The notes beneath the pieces are model-generated. The model searched no databases, was not told where the DNA came from, and worked only from the letters and a program-made list of their open reading frames with translations. Positions 26,854 through 36,946 of a stretch of 64,000 nucleotides of DNA are shown here, in pieces. This DNA comes from Oligoflexales bacterium (GTDB lineage Bacteria > Bdellovibrionota_B > Oligoflexia > Oligoflexales > JAPPIL01): positions 2,087,127 to 2,151,126 of the forward strand of contig OZ245333.1 of assembly GCA_965226195.1 (NCBI GenBank). The letters run 5' to 3'. The first letter of the stretch is position 1; each line of letters opens with the position of its first letter. Both the position numbers and the translations under genes were made by a program.

Positions 26854-27759
26854 ATGAAAAAAACAGCCGAGAACCTCTATCCACATTCTGCTACGTTGTT
26901 TCGTTTCTGCAAAGCAGCACTTGAGATTCACTACGACGGCAACGTCAAGGTTATTGATCAAGATGTAGGAGCAATTCTTGGCTATGATCCAGCCGATTGC
27001 AGCCACTGGAAAAAAGGCAAAAAAAACATCCGTGCCCTATCAACGTTACGCAGTCTTGCCGATCATTTGCGCATCGACGAGCACCTGCTAATCAGCATTG
27101 CTGCGGGCAAAGTCAGCTTGCCAGAGGCAGTGTTCGAGTTCAGAGGATATGGTGATTTTAATTTACAAGAAAAACCGCTTGAGGTTCTCAAGAAAGAATT
27201 TTTTAAAAACCCTTCGGTATGGCAGATAGGTGATAGCATCAAGACCTTTGAGGAGGTGTTTGATGTCAATCGCAATGTGGTTGCTAATATTGCCAACAAA
27301 GTTTTGCAACTAGGCAAATTCGACGAATCTCCTATCTATGTACCTGAAATTTTTAGTCTTTTTCCCAACATTAACCTCGTTATTGACCCAGACCTAGAAG
27401 AGCCTTATGTGTCTAGCTACGAGGGTGAGGGACAAGCCATGCATTGTACCATCAGCTATCGCGACGAAGATATGAAGCCCTACATCAGATTTCTGCTGGT
27501 GAAGGAGCTGTTTAAATTCCTCTGCCTAGCACAGCATTCTCTCACTGAGCAGCTCAGCGTCGCCCCGAAGGAGGTGCTTGATGTGCAGGGCAACATCTTT
27601 GCGGGCATGATGCTTATTCCCGACCATCTGTTGCGCAAAGAGGTCGATAGTCTCGACAGCACGCTGGATTTTGTGGCTCAACTCACCGGTACCTTCTGGG
27701 TTTCCAAGGCATTGATGAACAGCCGCCTGCGTGATTACATGGACAACATGGCCAACTGA
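26854..27759 (+). CDS. Hypothetical regulator: XRE-like HTH N-terminus plus ImmA/IrrE-like C-terminus with degenerate HExxH
   Basis: The N-terminus (DVGAILGYDPADCSHWKKGKKNI...LRSLADHL) looks like an XRE HTH. In the C-terminus, LLVKELFKF sits where HExxH is expected, followed by NIFAGMMLIPDHLL. Confidence 0.4.
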   Translation: MKKTAENLYPHSATLFRFCKAALEIHYDGNVKVIDQDVGAILGYDPADCSHWKKGKKNIRALSTLRSLADHLRIDEHLLISIAAGKVSLPEAVFEFRGYGDFNLQEKPLEVLKKEFFKNPSVWQIGDSIKTFEEVFDVNRNVVANIANKVLQLGKFDESPIYVPEIFSLFPNINLVIDPDLEEPYVSSYEGEGQAMHCTISYRDEDMKPYIRFLLVKELFKFLCLAQHSLTEQLSVAPKEVLDVQGNIFAGMMLIPDHLLRKEVDSLDSTLDFVAQLTGTFWVSKALMNSRLRDYMDNMAN

Positions 27760-27779
27760 CGCGTCTCAATCAGAGATTA

Positions 27780-28505
27780 TCACTCAAGCGGAAACGAGCC
27801 GTCGCCGGGAGTCTCGTCGTTGTTGCTCTTGAACTGCACTTGGTCAAAGTGCGGACTGTCGAACTGCAGGTTGAAGCTTGTGTTGAGCTGACCGTTTGTC
27901 AGGGCGGACTTCAGCACCTTAAATATGAGGCGGAAGCTGTTGCCTTTTTTCATGTTGTTAGTCTCAATATGTAACTCATCTCGTGACACATACGGTGAAC
28001 CGCTGCGGAAATGCTGTAGATTGGTGTGCTCGCCCTGTTGATACGAGCCCACAGGCATGGTGACGATAAAGGTCGGGTACTTCCACTGGCATTTGTTCCC
28101 TGCTCTTTCTTGGCAGTAAGACTGCACCTTTTTCCGCCTGACCGCATCGTCTTCTTCTGCGGTGAAGGTAACTTCTAAGTTGAAGTGATTTCCATCTTGG
28201 TCACTGACATAGACAATGGAGCGAGCATAGCTGCCGGCGAGATACTTAACCTCATCCACAAATTTATACACACTATTATCATCACTTAGCTCCTGATGCT
28301 TTCTCCTGTCACTATCATTATTGTCGTCATCATCATGTGTCGGTGATGGCGATGGTGTAGGTGTAGGTGAGCCCGCTGGACTGGGCAGTGGCAATGGTAA
28401 CTGTTGCCCCGTTTGGTCCCAGTCAGGTGTTTGCCGCTCTACTGGCTGCTGGCAACTGGATGAGATCGCAACAATTGTAAACAAAACGAGAAGAAGAACT
28501 TGCAT
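27780..28505 (-). CDS. Hypothetical lipoprotein with Pro/Thr/Ser and poly-Asp linker
   Basis: Start at MQVLLLVLFTIVAISSSC (lipobox), followed by a low-complexity PTPTPSPSPTHDDDDNND linker. Confidence 0.5.
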   Translation of the reverse strand: MQVLLLVLFTIVAISSSCQQPVERQTPDWDQTGQQLPLPLPSPAGSPTPTPSPSPTHDDDDNNDSDRRKHQELSDDNSVYKFVDEVKYLAGSYARSIVYVSDQDGNHFNLEVTFTAEEDDAVRRKKVQSYCQERAGNKCQWKYPTFIVTMPVGSYQQGEHTNLQHFRSGSPYVSRDELHIETNNMKKGNSFRLIFKVLKSALTNGQLNTSFNLQFDSPHFDQVQFKSNNDETPGDGSFPLE

Positions 28506-28581
28506 TACATGCCTTAAAGCTAGTCCACTAGGCTTGTCGGTGTGCTGAGTAAAAACTTTAGGAAGAAATGCAACGGTAAAA

Positions 28582-29325
28582 TCAAGATAAAGCCAAATCC
28601 GCCGCAATATCTATGCCTTTGCTGTCGTGGGTCGCACGATACAGGTAGATAGGGATGCCAAGTTCGAGAGCACGCAGCTGTTCGAGTTTTTCCTGTTTTT
28701 CCAGCACTGAGGGGGGTGCAGCACAAAAGCGTGCCAATGCCTTACGGTTGTAAGCATACACGCCGATGTGCTTTAAGAAGACAGGTGGCACTTCGCTGTC
28801 CACCGCATAGGGCAGCGGACGACGCGAGAAATACAGGGCACGGTCGTGCTGGTCAGCGACGACCTTCACCACATTCTGGTCGTGGTAAGCCTGTGCTGCA
28901 CTGCTAGCAAAAACCAGTGTTGCCATCGCGGTCTCTGTCGCGAGCGAGGTAAATCGCTGGCACAAGGCTAGTAGATCGTGGCAAGCCACCTCAGGTTCAT
29001 CGCCCTGCACATTCAAAACGTAACGACAATCTCGGTCAGTGGCGACCTCATGGCAACGCTCCGTTCCGCAGACATGTGCTGTGCCTGTCATTTGCACAGG
29101 CACAGCGTTTTTTTGGCATAAATCAAAAATTTCTTTTGCGTCAGTTGCGACAATTATCTGTGCTCCTTGTTTAGCAAGGGGGGCGATGTTGTCGTAGGTG
29201 CGCAGAATCAGGGGGCTGCCGTGCAGAAGTTGCAGCGCTTTGTGGGGCAGGCGTTGCGATGCAAGGCGGGCTGGGATGACGACGAGCCAGTTTTTTAAGC
29301 AATGGTGACTATCTTTTGTTGACAT
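28582..29325 (-). CDS. kdsB: 3-deoxy-manno-octulosonate cytidylyltransferase (CMP-KDO synthetase)
   Basis: KdsB N-terminus VVIPARLASQRLPHKAL and the NVQGDEP motif. Confidence 0.85.
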   Translation of the reverse strand: MSTKDSHHCLKNWLVVIPARLASQRLPHKALQLLHGSPLILRTYDNIAPLAKQGAQIIVATDAKEIFDLCQKNAVPVQMTGTAHVCGTERCHEVATDRDCRYVLNVQGDEPEVACHDLLALCQRFTSLATETAMATLVFASSAAQAYHDQNVVKVVADQHDRALYFSRRPLPYAVDSEVPPVFLKHIGVYAYNRKALARFCAAPPSVLEKQEKLEQLRALELGIPIYLYRATHDSKGIDIAADLALS

Positions 29326-29340
29326 CTGCTATAATGAGAA

Positions 29341-30498
29341 ATGATGACAAAATTCCCGCGGGGAAGGATTATGGCGCGTCCGGTCGAGGATGACAATGTT
29401 TTTTTCTTCGACACGTTTCTGCCGTTGTGTGAGCAGTCTTTTCGCTTCAACTGTTTTGTCAGTAGCAACGTTACTAGAGCATTCTCTTGCTTGCTCCGCA
29501 CGACGGAAGAGTTTTACAGCGAGCTGAAGGACATGGAGGATAGCGAGCAGCGCTTGCCACACTTTATCAAGCACTGCTGGCAGGGATTAGAGAAGTCACC
29601 CCGTCCAGTCAAGGCAATTGACAAAGACAAGCTAGCTGCCGCTATTGTAAAGTGTTCTCCAGAGGAGCGTGGTTATTTGGCTGCACTTGACTGTCTCGGC
29701 TTGACGGACGCTGAGACACGGGAGGTTTTCGCTCTCGACAGCACGGAAGTGCTCACCGAGAAGACCACCGCGGTGCGTCAGCAGCTAGCCAAAGACGGTG
29801 ATTTCGACGCAATCAAGCCAAAGATACAGGATTTGTTTCGCACTGCAACGTTGAGCGAAGCGCAGCGTAACAAATTGCGCGACCTTATTTTGCCGGGCTT
29901 CGACGATCAGACAGAACAGGATAAGGTCAAAAGCGATGCCGAATCTGGTTTGCGAAAAGAACGCTTGCGCAACTATCTCATCGTTGGCATCGGTCTAATT
30001 ATACTCGGTGTTGCGGCACGTTATTTTCAGCAGGGGCAGGATGTCGAAGCAAAAGTTATCGAGTGGCTAGGCTATGAGACGCTGGCGATCGAGGAAGACC
30101 CGCAGCGGCTCGACTTTCCCTCCAGCAACACCGCAGAAATTCGCAGCTATTTTGCCAATCACCGTGGCTTGAATTTCCAGCATCATCTGCTCCGCACACC
30201 ATCTGCATGGCAGCCGCGGGGTGCAAGTGTTATCGACTATGACTCTATGTTGGTGGCAGTGGTCAGATACGAAGACATCAATAGTGATGATTTTGTTCTG
30301 CACTACTCTTTCCGCGGCAAGGCAGACAACCTGTCAGCATCGCCGGAAAACACTGTAGATGACTTCACCTATCGCTCGTATGCCTCTGATGAACTCAACA
30401 TGATTGCGTGGTCACAGGATCAGTCGGTTGCGGTACTGGTTGGGCGTTTGGGAACAGAGGATCTTGTTGTGCTGGGGAAAACCTCCAGCTCTGAATAA
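29341..30498 (+). CDS. Hypothetical membrane-anchored regulator (sigma-70 region-4-like HTH, one TM segment, extracytoplasmic domain)
   Basis: The segment SPEERGYLAALDCLGLTDAETREVFAL resembles an ECF sigma region 4. One TM segment (LIVGIGLIILGVAARYF) is followed by a C-terminal domain of about 150 aa. The start is uncertain. Confidence 0.4.
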   Translation: MMTKFPRGRIMARPVEDDNVFFFDTFLPLCEQSFRFNCFVSSNVTRAFSCLLRTTEEFYSELKDMEDSEQRLPHFIKHCWQGLEKSPRPVKAIDKDKLAAAIVKCSPEERGYLAALDCLGLTDAETREVFALDSTEVLTEKTTAVRQQLAKDGDFDAIKPKIQDLFRTATLSEAQRNKLRDLILPGFDDQTEQDKVKSDAESGLRKERLRNYLIVGIGLIILGVAARYFQQGQDVEAKVIEWLGYETLAIEEDPQRLDFPSSNTAEIRSYFANHRGLNFQHHLLRTPSAWQPRGASVIDYDSMLVAVVRYEDINSDDFVLHYSFRGKADNLSASPENTVDDFTYRSYASDELNMIAWSQDQSVAVLVGRLGTEDLVVLGKTSSSE

Positions 30499-30521
30499 AT
30501 AAATATCACGGAGAACGAACC

Positions 30522-30884
30522 ATGCTTCATTATGTGCAAATCCTGTTTTTCACGCTAGCAGTGCTGGCCATCCTTGCAATCAGTGACAGAGGAGCAGCGA
30601 ACTCAGCAATGGACATTATCCCCATCACTAACGGCTGCTATACGATAGCCAGCGAGCGAACCTGCCCACCAGAAATCAGCGGTTATGTGCCCGTCAGTGC
30701 TGGCCCCGATGATGTTTTTTTCATCTATCCCTTCGGGGACATCCCCGGCCAACAGCAGCAACAGACGATTCAACAGGTGGAGCCGGGCAAAGAGGGCAAG
30801 CTTCATGTCAATCCGACGCAACAATATCTGAACAACCCCAATCAGCAGACAGGTCAAGGAGGTGCACTTATTCACACGCCGTAA
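30522..30884 (+). CDS. Hypothetical small secreted Gln-rich protein
   Basis: 120-aa ORF with a signal/anchor and a QQQQQ tract. Confidence 0.4.
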   Translation: MLHYVQILFFTLAVLAILAISDRGAANSAMDIIPITNGCYTIASERTCPPEISGYVPVSAGPDDVFFIYPFGDIPGQQQQQTIQQVEPGKEGKLHVNPTQQYLNNPNQQTGQGGALIHTP

Positions 30885-31863
30885 GTGCACAGAGCTGATA
30901 CAATAGCCGCGCCGCGACATTCTCGTCCCAGTGGTTCGGTGCTGGCACAACTTCGCACAAGTCAGCCCCGATAACTTCCCGTCCTGAGGCGTGCAGCCGA
31001 GAAAACAGCAGCAGCACATCGTTGAAACTCAATCCACCCGGCACGGGTGTGCCTGTATGCGGACACAATGACGGGTTGAGAGCATCGATGTCGAACGAAA
31101 CATAAACTCGCGCTGGTAAACACGCTACGATCTCGTCAACGACATTGATAAAACTGCGCTGATAGAGGTCATAGTCAAAAAAAACCTCAGCCCGTGTTTC
31201 TAAACTGCCGGCAAAATCATACTCCGCAGCACAAAAATCACGAATACCGACATGCACGATTTTGCTCACCGAATCAACCTGTGTCATCGTCTGATACATG
31301 ATCGAGGCGTGGCTGAAGTTCAAGCCTTGATAGGCACGACGATAGTCAAAATGTGCATCGAGGTGCAAGATACCAAAATCCACACATTGCGTGCCGAGTT
31401 GTTGCAAAAATCCAAATGACACACTGTGATCACCACCGAGCAGTACGACTTTCTTGCTCTCAGCATGCAACTTGGCTGTTGCCTGCTGCACGGCCGTGTT
31501 GAGCTTACTACTAAGTGCATTGATACGAGCAATCTTCTGTTTTGCTGTCAGTTTCTGTAATTCAGCCAGCAACATCTGTTGTTGGGCGATAACAGGGTGA
31601 GAGAGTTCTTGCATGCACATGCCACGTCGGTAAGCTGACTGCGCAAAGTCAAACGCGTACAGGTCAATCTCGTGGCTAGCCTTCAACACCGCGGGTGGCG
31701 CTGCTGCCGTGCCGCGGCCGTAGGAAACAGTCAGTTCCCAAGGTACCGCCAGCACGACTAGAGCACAGTCTTGGTAAGCAACATCAAACCCAAACAAACC
31801 GCGCTCAGGCGGCACAGCTTCGCCCTGTTCGGCACGGGTAAACTGCTCGTCGGTCAGCATCAT
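30868..31863 (-). CDS. Ureohydrolase (arginase/agmatinase/formimidoylglutamase) family protein
   Basis: Mn-binding motifs LLGGDHS, HLDAHFD and SFDIDALNP...TGTPVPGGLS. Confidence 0.8.
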   Translation of the reverse strand: MMLTDEQFTRAEQGEAVPPERGLFGFDVAYQDCALVVLAVPWELTVSYGRGTAAAPPAVLKASHEIDLYAFDFAQSAYRRGMCMQELSHPVIAQQQMLLAELQKLTAKQKIARINALSSKLNTAVQQATAKLHAESKKVVLLGGDHSVSFGFLQQLGTQCVDFGILHLDAHFDYRRAYQGLNFSHASIMYQTMTQVDSVSKIVHVGIRDFCAAEYDFAGSLETRAEVFFDYDLYQRSFINVVDEIVACLPARVYVSFDIDALNPSLCPHTGTPVPGGLSFNDVLLLFSRLHASGREVIGADLCEVVPAPNHWDENVAARLLYQLCALTACE

Positions 31864-34695
31864 CTAGTAGACAGGCAAGGTCTTGAGCTGTTTTAACTCA
31901 CTAAGTGGCACGGTGTTAGGCAATGTCTTAATCGGCTTGCCTTTGGCAAACAGTGCCACTGACAACTGGCCATGGCTAAGTATTTCTTCCCATGCCGCGA
32001 GTACTTCGTCTTTAGTAATCTCACGCAAAGCCGCGATAACTTGCTGCCGATAGTCAAAGTTGCCGTCAAGTTTGATTGCCCCCGCTTGCAGGCGCTGATG
32101 ACGCTCAAAAATGTTTTTCTCTGGCTGCTGAAGGTTTTGCACAATACTACGTCGATAGTCGGCGAGTTTCTCGGCACTAAGCCCCGCCAGTTGCACCGCC
32201 ATCAGTGGTAAGAAATTCTCGATGCGTTGCTGAATAGCAGGTGGATTGAAACCCTCTGACTGCACAATAAACCTGATACCCAGTGTCTTTTTGCGGTAAT
32301 GCAGCCCTGCATGCACGATATAGCCGAGTTGTTGTTTGGTGCGCAGTTCCGTGTAAAAAGGCGCACTGATGTGGGTGTCGATAATGCGCAGGATCGCATC
32401 ACGCTTTGGCGTGCGTGCTCCTAGTGTCATAATCCGAATCAAGGCATTGTTGTTGCTCTCCGTCGTGAACGCATAGCTATACTTCTTGTCCAACTGCACC
32501 GTCTGCTGCTGCCCACGCTTCTCCGGCGGTAACGGCTTGGCTTGTAAGCTCTCCAGCACTTCACGCAGCTTAGCCCGTATGACCTTTTCACGCAAATTGC
32601 CATAAGCAATTCCCTCATAAGCAGCCTCCGCCAGAACTTGTTCAGCGTAGCTGCGCACTTCGGCAAGTGTCACGCTATCGATAAGTGGCAGGTATTCTTG
32701 GTAATCGATCATCGTTGGCGTTATCGCGGCATTGAGCTTACGCATGGCTTGCTGATAGGCGTGTTCCCACGTGAGGTTGGCGAGATCACGTTTCATTTTG
32801 TTCTTGATAACGATGAAAGTCGCATCGTCAATTGCGATTGTTTGCATTTTTTTGCCGACTGCGACCAACAACTGTGGCAACTTGTCTGCATAACCGCCCA
32901 TATCGATGCTGATACCGTAATCGGTCGGGGTAATGCTGAAACTCAACCCAGACATCAGAATCGGATATTTCCACTCGTTGATGCTCTCGTTTACCGCCCG
33001 CACATAGAGCAGCGACAGCAGCTTATGCCGCGGATCGCTGTTTACCCTTGCACTCAACAGATGCAGGTGCAGCTGTGCTTTCGGCAGCTTGAACTCCGTA
33101 TCCTGCTGAAACCAGAACAATCCCTGTGCACCATCGAGCAGTCGATAGGGACGTTCACGCTTCTCATCGGCATACACATCAAGTTCGTCAGGAATCCACT
33201 TATTGGGCGAGGGATAGCGCAGTTCAGATGCAGCAGGTGGCTTGCGCCATGCTTGCCATACCGATGCAGGAATTTTTTGCACACTGTATCGTGCTCCGTA
33301 ATAAGGCTCAACTTCAGCCGTCTTGACTCCTTTGGCTGCCACCATTGCCTGCAATGTGTCAGGTTTGATGTGGTCGAGGAATAGTTTGAAGTCAGCGGGC
33401 GAATAGTCAAAATAAAGGCTATCATTCTTGATAATCTCTAACGCAGGATGTTGATACATGCGGGTTGAAAACTCTACCACTGCATTTGCACCCTCTGGTG
33501 GATCGCGAAAATCGTAACCCGTCTGTGCCATTTTCTTGTTCTCGTCAAAATAATAACGCTGCAAGCCAGTCTTGCGCAGCATGGCGATGTAGGAGAAAAA
33601 CAGGGCAACGATGTCATCGGTAGCTTGCAAGCCATGCTCTGTCAGCGTAATCTTGATCTCAAATTCACCGACATAACTGCTCGATGTAGTTCCTGCCGAC
33701 AGACCACTGGCATAACCTTTTGCCTTCAGCAGCGACAACAACGAGCCTTCGCCCTCATCCCCGACCAACGCACCGAGCAAAAGGTGCGGCTTGGTGCGCC
33801 AGTATTTTTCTGGGGTAGGGACGGTAAAACTGAGCGCAAGCTGCTTAATGTCGGCTACGGGCTCAACCTCGATACGGCGCGGTAGACTAGCTGGATCATA
33901 AATATCTGCACTGTAGGTAATGGCAGCACGCTTGCTGTTTTTGACTTGAGAAAACAGCTCCGTAATCAACCGCTCCTGCTCGTCAAGACTAATGCGGGAC
34001 AGCATGGCAAGATACATGTGGTTGGCAGAGTAATACTTGCGATAAAAATCAATCAATATCTCTGGCTTGGCGTTTTTCAGTGTTTCACGGTCGCCAGTGG
34101 AGAAACTACGCCGCGGGTGGCCTTCACGATACAGCATCCGCACGATCTGTCGCGTGCGCCAGTAGTCATTCTGTAGGTTCTTCTGGTGCTCGGAATTAAC
34201 CGCGGACAGCTCTCGCTCGACGTATTCGGCATTGAACAGTGGGGAAATGAAAAACTGCCCGAAGCGGTCAAGCGCACCACGAAATCCGTCGTGGTTGACT
34301 TCAAAATGGTAGTTGGTGTGCTCACGGGCAGTAAAGGCATTGTGGTAACCCTGAAACTCAGCGAGATACTTGTCGTATTCACCGACTTGTGGATACTTCT
34401 CCGTGCCCAGAAACAGCATGTGCTCCAAAAAATGCGCCAAACCCTGATGTCCAGCGGGATCGGCAAGGCTGCCCACTCGGATATCCATCGAGGCAGCAGA
34501 TTTTTTTGCCCGCGGGTCGTGCATGAGCAAAGCGTTCAGGCCGTTTTTCAGCTCAATAGCTCGATAGGTGCGTCTGTCCACAGCTGCGTTCTCCGCAAAA
34601 ATTCCACTCCACAAACGCTGCCATGTCGTGCTGCAACCACTCAACAGTAATCCAACCACAGCAACACAGGCTAACAGCCTGATGCGTACAGACAT
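31864..34695 (-). CDS. M16 family zinc peptidase (pitrilysin/insulinase-like)
   Basis: 943-aa ORF with a signal peptide plus lipobox-like LLSGC. Inverted zinc motif HFLEH (GLAHFLEHMLFLGTEKYP). Confidence 0.85.
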   Translation of the reverse strand: MSVRIRLLACVAVVGLLLSGCSTTWQRLWSGIFAENAAVDRRTYRAIELKNGLNALLMHDPRAKKSAASMDIRVGSLADPAGHQGLAHFLEHMLFLGTEKYPQVGEYDKYLAEFQGYHNAFTAREHTNYHFEVNHDGFRGALDRFGQFFISPLFNAEYVERELSAVNSEHQKNLQNDYWRTRQIVRMLYREGHPRRSFSTGDRETLKNAKPEILIDFYRKYYSANHMYLAMLSRISLDEQERLITELFSQVKNSKRAAITYSADIYDPASLPRRIEVEPVADIKQLALSFTVPTPEKYWRTKPHLLLGALVGDEGEGSLLSLLKAKGYASGLSAGTTSSSYVGEFEIKITLTEHGLQATDDIVALFFSYIAMLRKTGLQRYYFDENKKMAQTGYDFRDPPEGANAVVEFSTRMYQHPALEIIKNDSLYFDYSPADFKLFLDHIKPDTLQAMVAAKGVKTAEVEPYYGARYSVQKIPASVWQAWRKPPAASELRYPSPNKWIPDELDVYADEKRERPYRLLDGAQGLFWFQQDTEFKLPKAQLHLHLLSARVNSDPRHKLLSLLYVRAVNESINEWKYPILMSGLSFSITPTDYGISIDMGGYADKLPQLLVAVGKKMQTIAIDDATFIVIKNKMKRDLANLTWEHAYQQAMRKLNAAITPTMIDYQEYLPLIDSVTLAEVRSYAEQVLAEAAYEGIAYGNLREKVIRAKLREVLESLQAKPLPPEKRGQQQTVQLDKKYSYAFTTESNNNALIRIMTLGARTPKRDAILRIIDTHISAPFYTELRTKQQLGYIVHAGLHYRKKTLGIRFIVQSEGFNPPAIQQRIENFLPLMAVQLAGLSAEKLADYRRSIVQNLQQPEKNIFERHQRLQAGAIKLDGNFDYRQQVIAALREITKDEVLAAWEEILSHGQLSVALFAKGKPIKTLPNTVPLSELKQLKTLPVY

Positions 34696-34698
34696 TGC

Positions 34699-35154
34699 TC
34701 ACTCCCGCATCGAGTTAGGGCATACTAGTGAGGTCTTCCTCGTCGCAGAACGTGTATTGTGAGAAGAAGAGACATGATAGCTAACCTCAATCCGCAACCG
34801 CGCAGGCACGTAATTGCCCAGCGACGCGGTGAGATTGCGCCCTGCATTGAACTCGCTCTCGCCCGCGGGCACATACTCACGCTTGCAGTAGGTTGTTTGC
34901 ACATTTTCGATAAGCATGTCGAGGTTGATATAGCTCTCCTCTTCTACCTTCATCACTTGCGCTGGTCGGGTGACAGTGCCCTTGATCAACAGCTGAGTTT
35001 GTCCCGCTTCCTGCTCACCTGTCAGCGACGCACTCACCGCAATGGTGCGTGCTTCAAAAGCGGAGAAACGCAAACTCTCCAACACTACAAGCTGCATGTC
35101 GTCTGCGAATGACACGCCAGATAGTGAAAATAGCAAAACCAACCAACACCTCAT
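34699..35154 (-). CDS. Hypothetical secreted protein (first gene of the M16/ureohydrolase operon)
   Basis: 151-aa ORF with a signal peptide; it ends 3 nt before the M16 gene start. Confidence 0.45.
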   Translation of the reverse strand: MRCWLVLLFSLSGVSFADDMQLVVLESLRFSAFEARTIAVSASLTGEQEAGQTQLLIKGTVTRPAQVMKVEEESYINLDMLIENVQTTYCKREYVPAGESEFNAGRNLTASLGNYVPARLRIEVSYHVSSSHNTRSATRKTSLVCPNSMRE

Positions 35155-35717
35155 ATCTAACTCCTAAAAGTGGAAAAAAAGAACACACAAAGTTTACCAT
35201 TCTAACACAACCATGGGCAATAGCAACACCGCACGGGGGCGTGATGAAAGAGTCCGTTCTAGCGGGGTTAAAATACAGTTATCCACTTAATATAATTAGT
35301 ATAAATATATTTTATTGGAAAAATTAAAGAAAAATAAAATTCTGTCGATAAGGGAGTTAGGATATTTTTTGGAGGAACAAAGGTATGCGTTACTTTTTGC
35401 TCGTATTTGCATTGGTTCTTGGGTGTCAGGAGAGGGAGGATAGGCAAGTTCCGCAGATATAAGTAACAGAGAGCACGAACACATCTGCCGATGCTGAAAC
35501 TCCACCCATCGCCTTCACTACGGATCTGCCCAAAGGCATATCGTCTGTTACGAGTGTTGAGGTCACCGTACGTGGCACTGCGACTGAGTATAAGTATGCT
35601 TTCACCTCAGAGATCGGTGCTGGCTGTAGTGATGCCGGTTACGGAAATTTTCAGAGTCTTAACAAGAAGTTAAAGATAGATGATCTCGGTGCAGACGGCA
35701 TCAAGACCGTCTGCATA

Positions 35718-36926
35718 GTGGGCAGGAGCAGCGATGGCACAGAGCAGGAACAGCCTGAACTCTATCAGTGGATGAAATTTACTGCCGATGCGTCTACACC
35801 TCCGCCACCTGTACCTGTTGTGACTGTGAAGGATATTCAGGACGAATATCACGAGGATACCATTACGCTGGAGGTCGAGGCTGAAAATGGTGCAACTCAC
35901 TATCAGCTTGCCTTCAAAAAGGGCTTACTCGATTGTGAGGAAGATTTAGAGGATAGTGATTATGGAGAGGAAAAAGAAGTCAGTGCTGATAACGGGACGT
36001 TCACACTTTACCACGTAAATTCTAACGGAGCTTACACCCTTTGTTTGCGGGGCAAAAATGGTGCTAATGTGCAGGACAATGTGTCACAATATGCTTTCGA
36101 GAAGGTTGACCCACCGCTACCAGAGTCTGCAGGCATGTTAGACATTACAACGTCGCATAAACCGACAAAAATTTACTTTGCTAGCACCTCCTATGGTCAT
36201 CGCGTAATAACGCTGAGCAACAAGGGCGATAGCGATTTAGAATGGAAGATTGAAGCTGAAGCTGCTATAGACTGGTTGAAGATAGGTACGGCAGAGAATA
36301 ATTTGAGCGTCGTTAGTGCTGCAAATAACCTTGTCAGTGGAACGTTGGCCGCGCAGGAAAAGACCACTGTTTGGCTCAGGCTAGCAGATATTTACAAGAC
36401 CGACTACGAAGCAGGGAAAAAAACGGCAATACTGAAAGTTCATAACGTCAGCGGTGGCGATGATCCCGTGAGTATTGATGTCAGCCTACAGGTTCCCACA
36501 GTGGAGTTAAACCCTGATCCTCCGACAGTATCGCTCAGCAAATACAAAAAGACAGGCAAAATCATGCTGCACAACTCAGCTACAAATGCAAATTGGGCCG
36601 TTGGGTATCAGTTCTCCCCTCTTTTGATCAATGAATTTCAGGATATCGTTAGTTATAAGACACTTAAGGATGCGGGCTACACCAAATATATCGAGTTTAC
36701 CGTCGATGAGGATAAATTAGCGCAGAAGGAGGACGGCTACAGCGGAGCGATGATTTACATGCTCATCACTAACACAAGCAGCAAGGTGGAAGAATCAAGA
36801 GATAAATCATGTGGCACTACTAAATTAGAGGGTGGCGAAAAGACAACAATTGGATTCAAGGTAGAATTCACGCCTAGGTTTACTACCAATGTCTGTTACT
36901 ATTTTAGCGTGACTGTGAAGAAATAG
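35718..36926 (+). CDS. Hypothetical beta-rich surface protein; the frame continues upstream to a lipoprotein signal peptide at 35385 but is broken by an in-frame TAA (35460-35462)
   Basis: This is the ORF-track segment. The same frame is open from 35463. Upstream, an ATG at 35385 (GGAGG 9 nt before it) encodes MRYFLLVFALVLGC... and then hits TAA. Confidence 0.55.
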   Translation: MGRSSDGTEQEQPELYQWMKFTADASTPPPPVPVVTVKDIQDEYHEDTITLEVEAENGATHYQLAFKKGLLDCEEDLEDSDYGEEKEVSADNGTFTLYHVNSNGAYTLCLRGKNGANVQDNVSQYAFEKVDPPLPESAGMLDITTSHKPTKIYFASTSYGHRVITLSNKGDSDLEWKIEAEAAIDWLKIGTAENNLSVVSAANNLVSGTLAAQEKTTVWLRLADIYKTDYEAGKKTAILKVHNVSGGDDPVSIDVSLQVPTVELNPDPPTVSLSKYKKTGKIMLHNSATNANWAVGYQFSPLLINEFQDIVSYKTLKDAGYTKYIEFTVDEDKLAQKEDGYSGAMIYMLITNTSSKVEESRDKSCGTTKLEGGEKTTIGFKVEFTPRFTTNVCYYFSVTVKK

Positions 36927-36946
36927 TCGCGATCCCTGCCAGCTCT

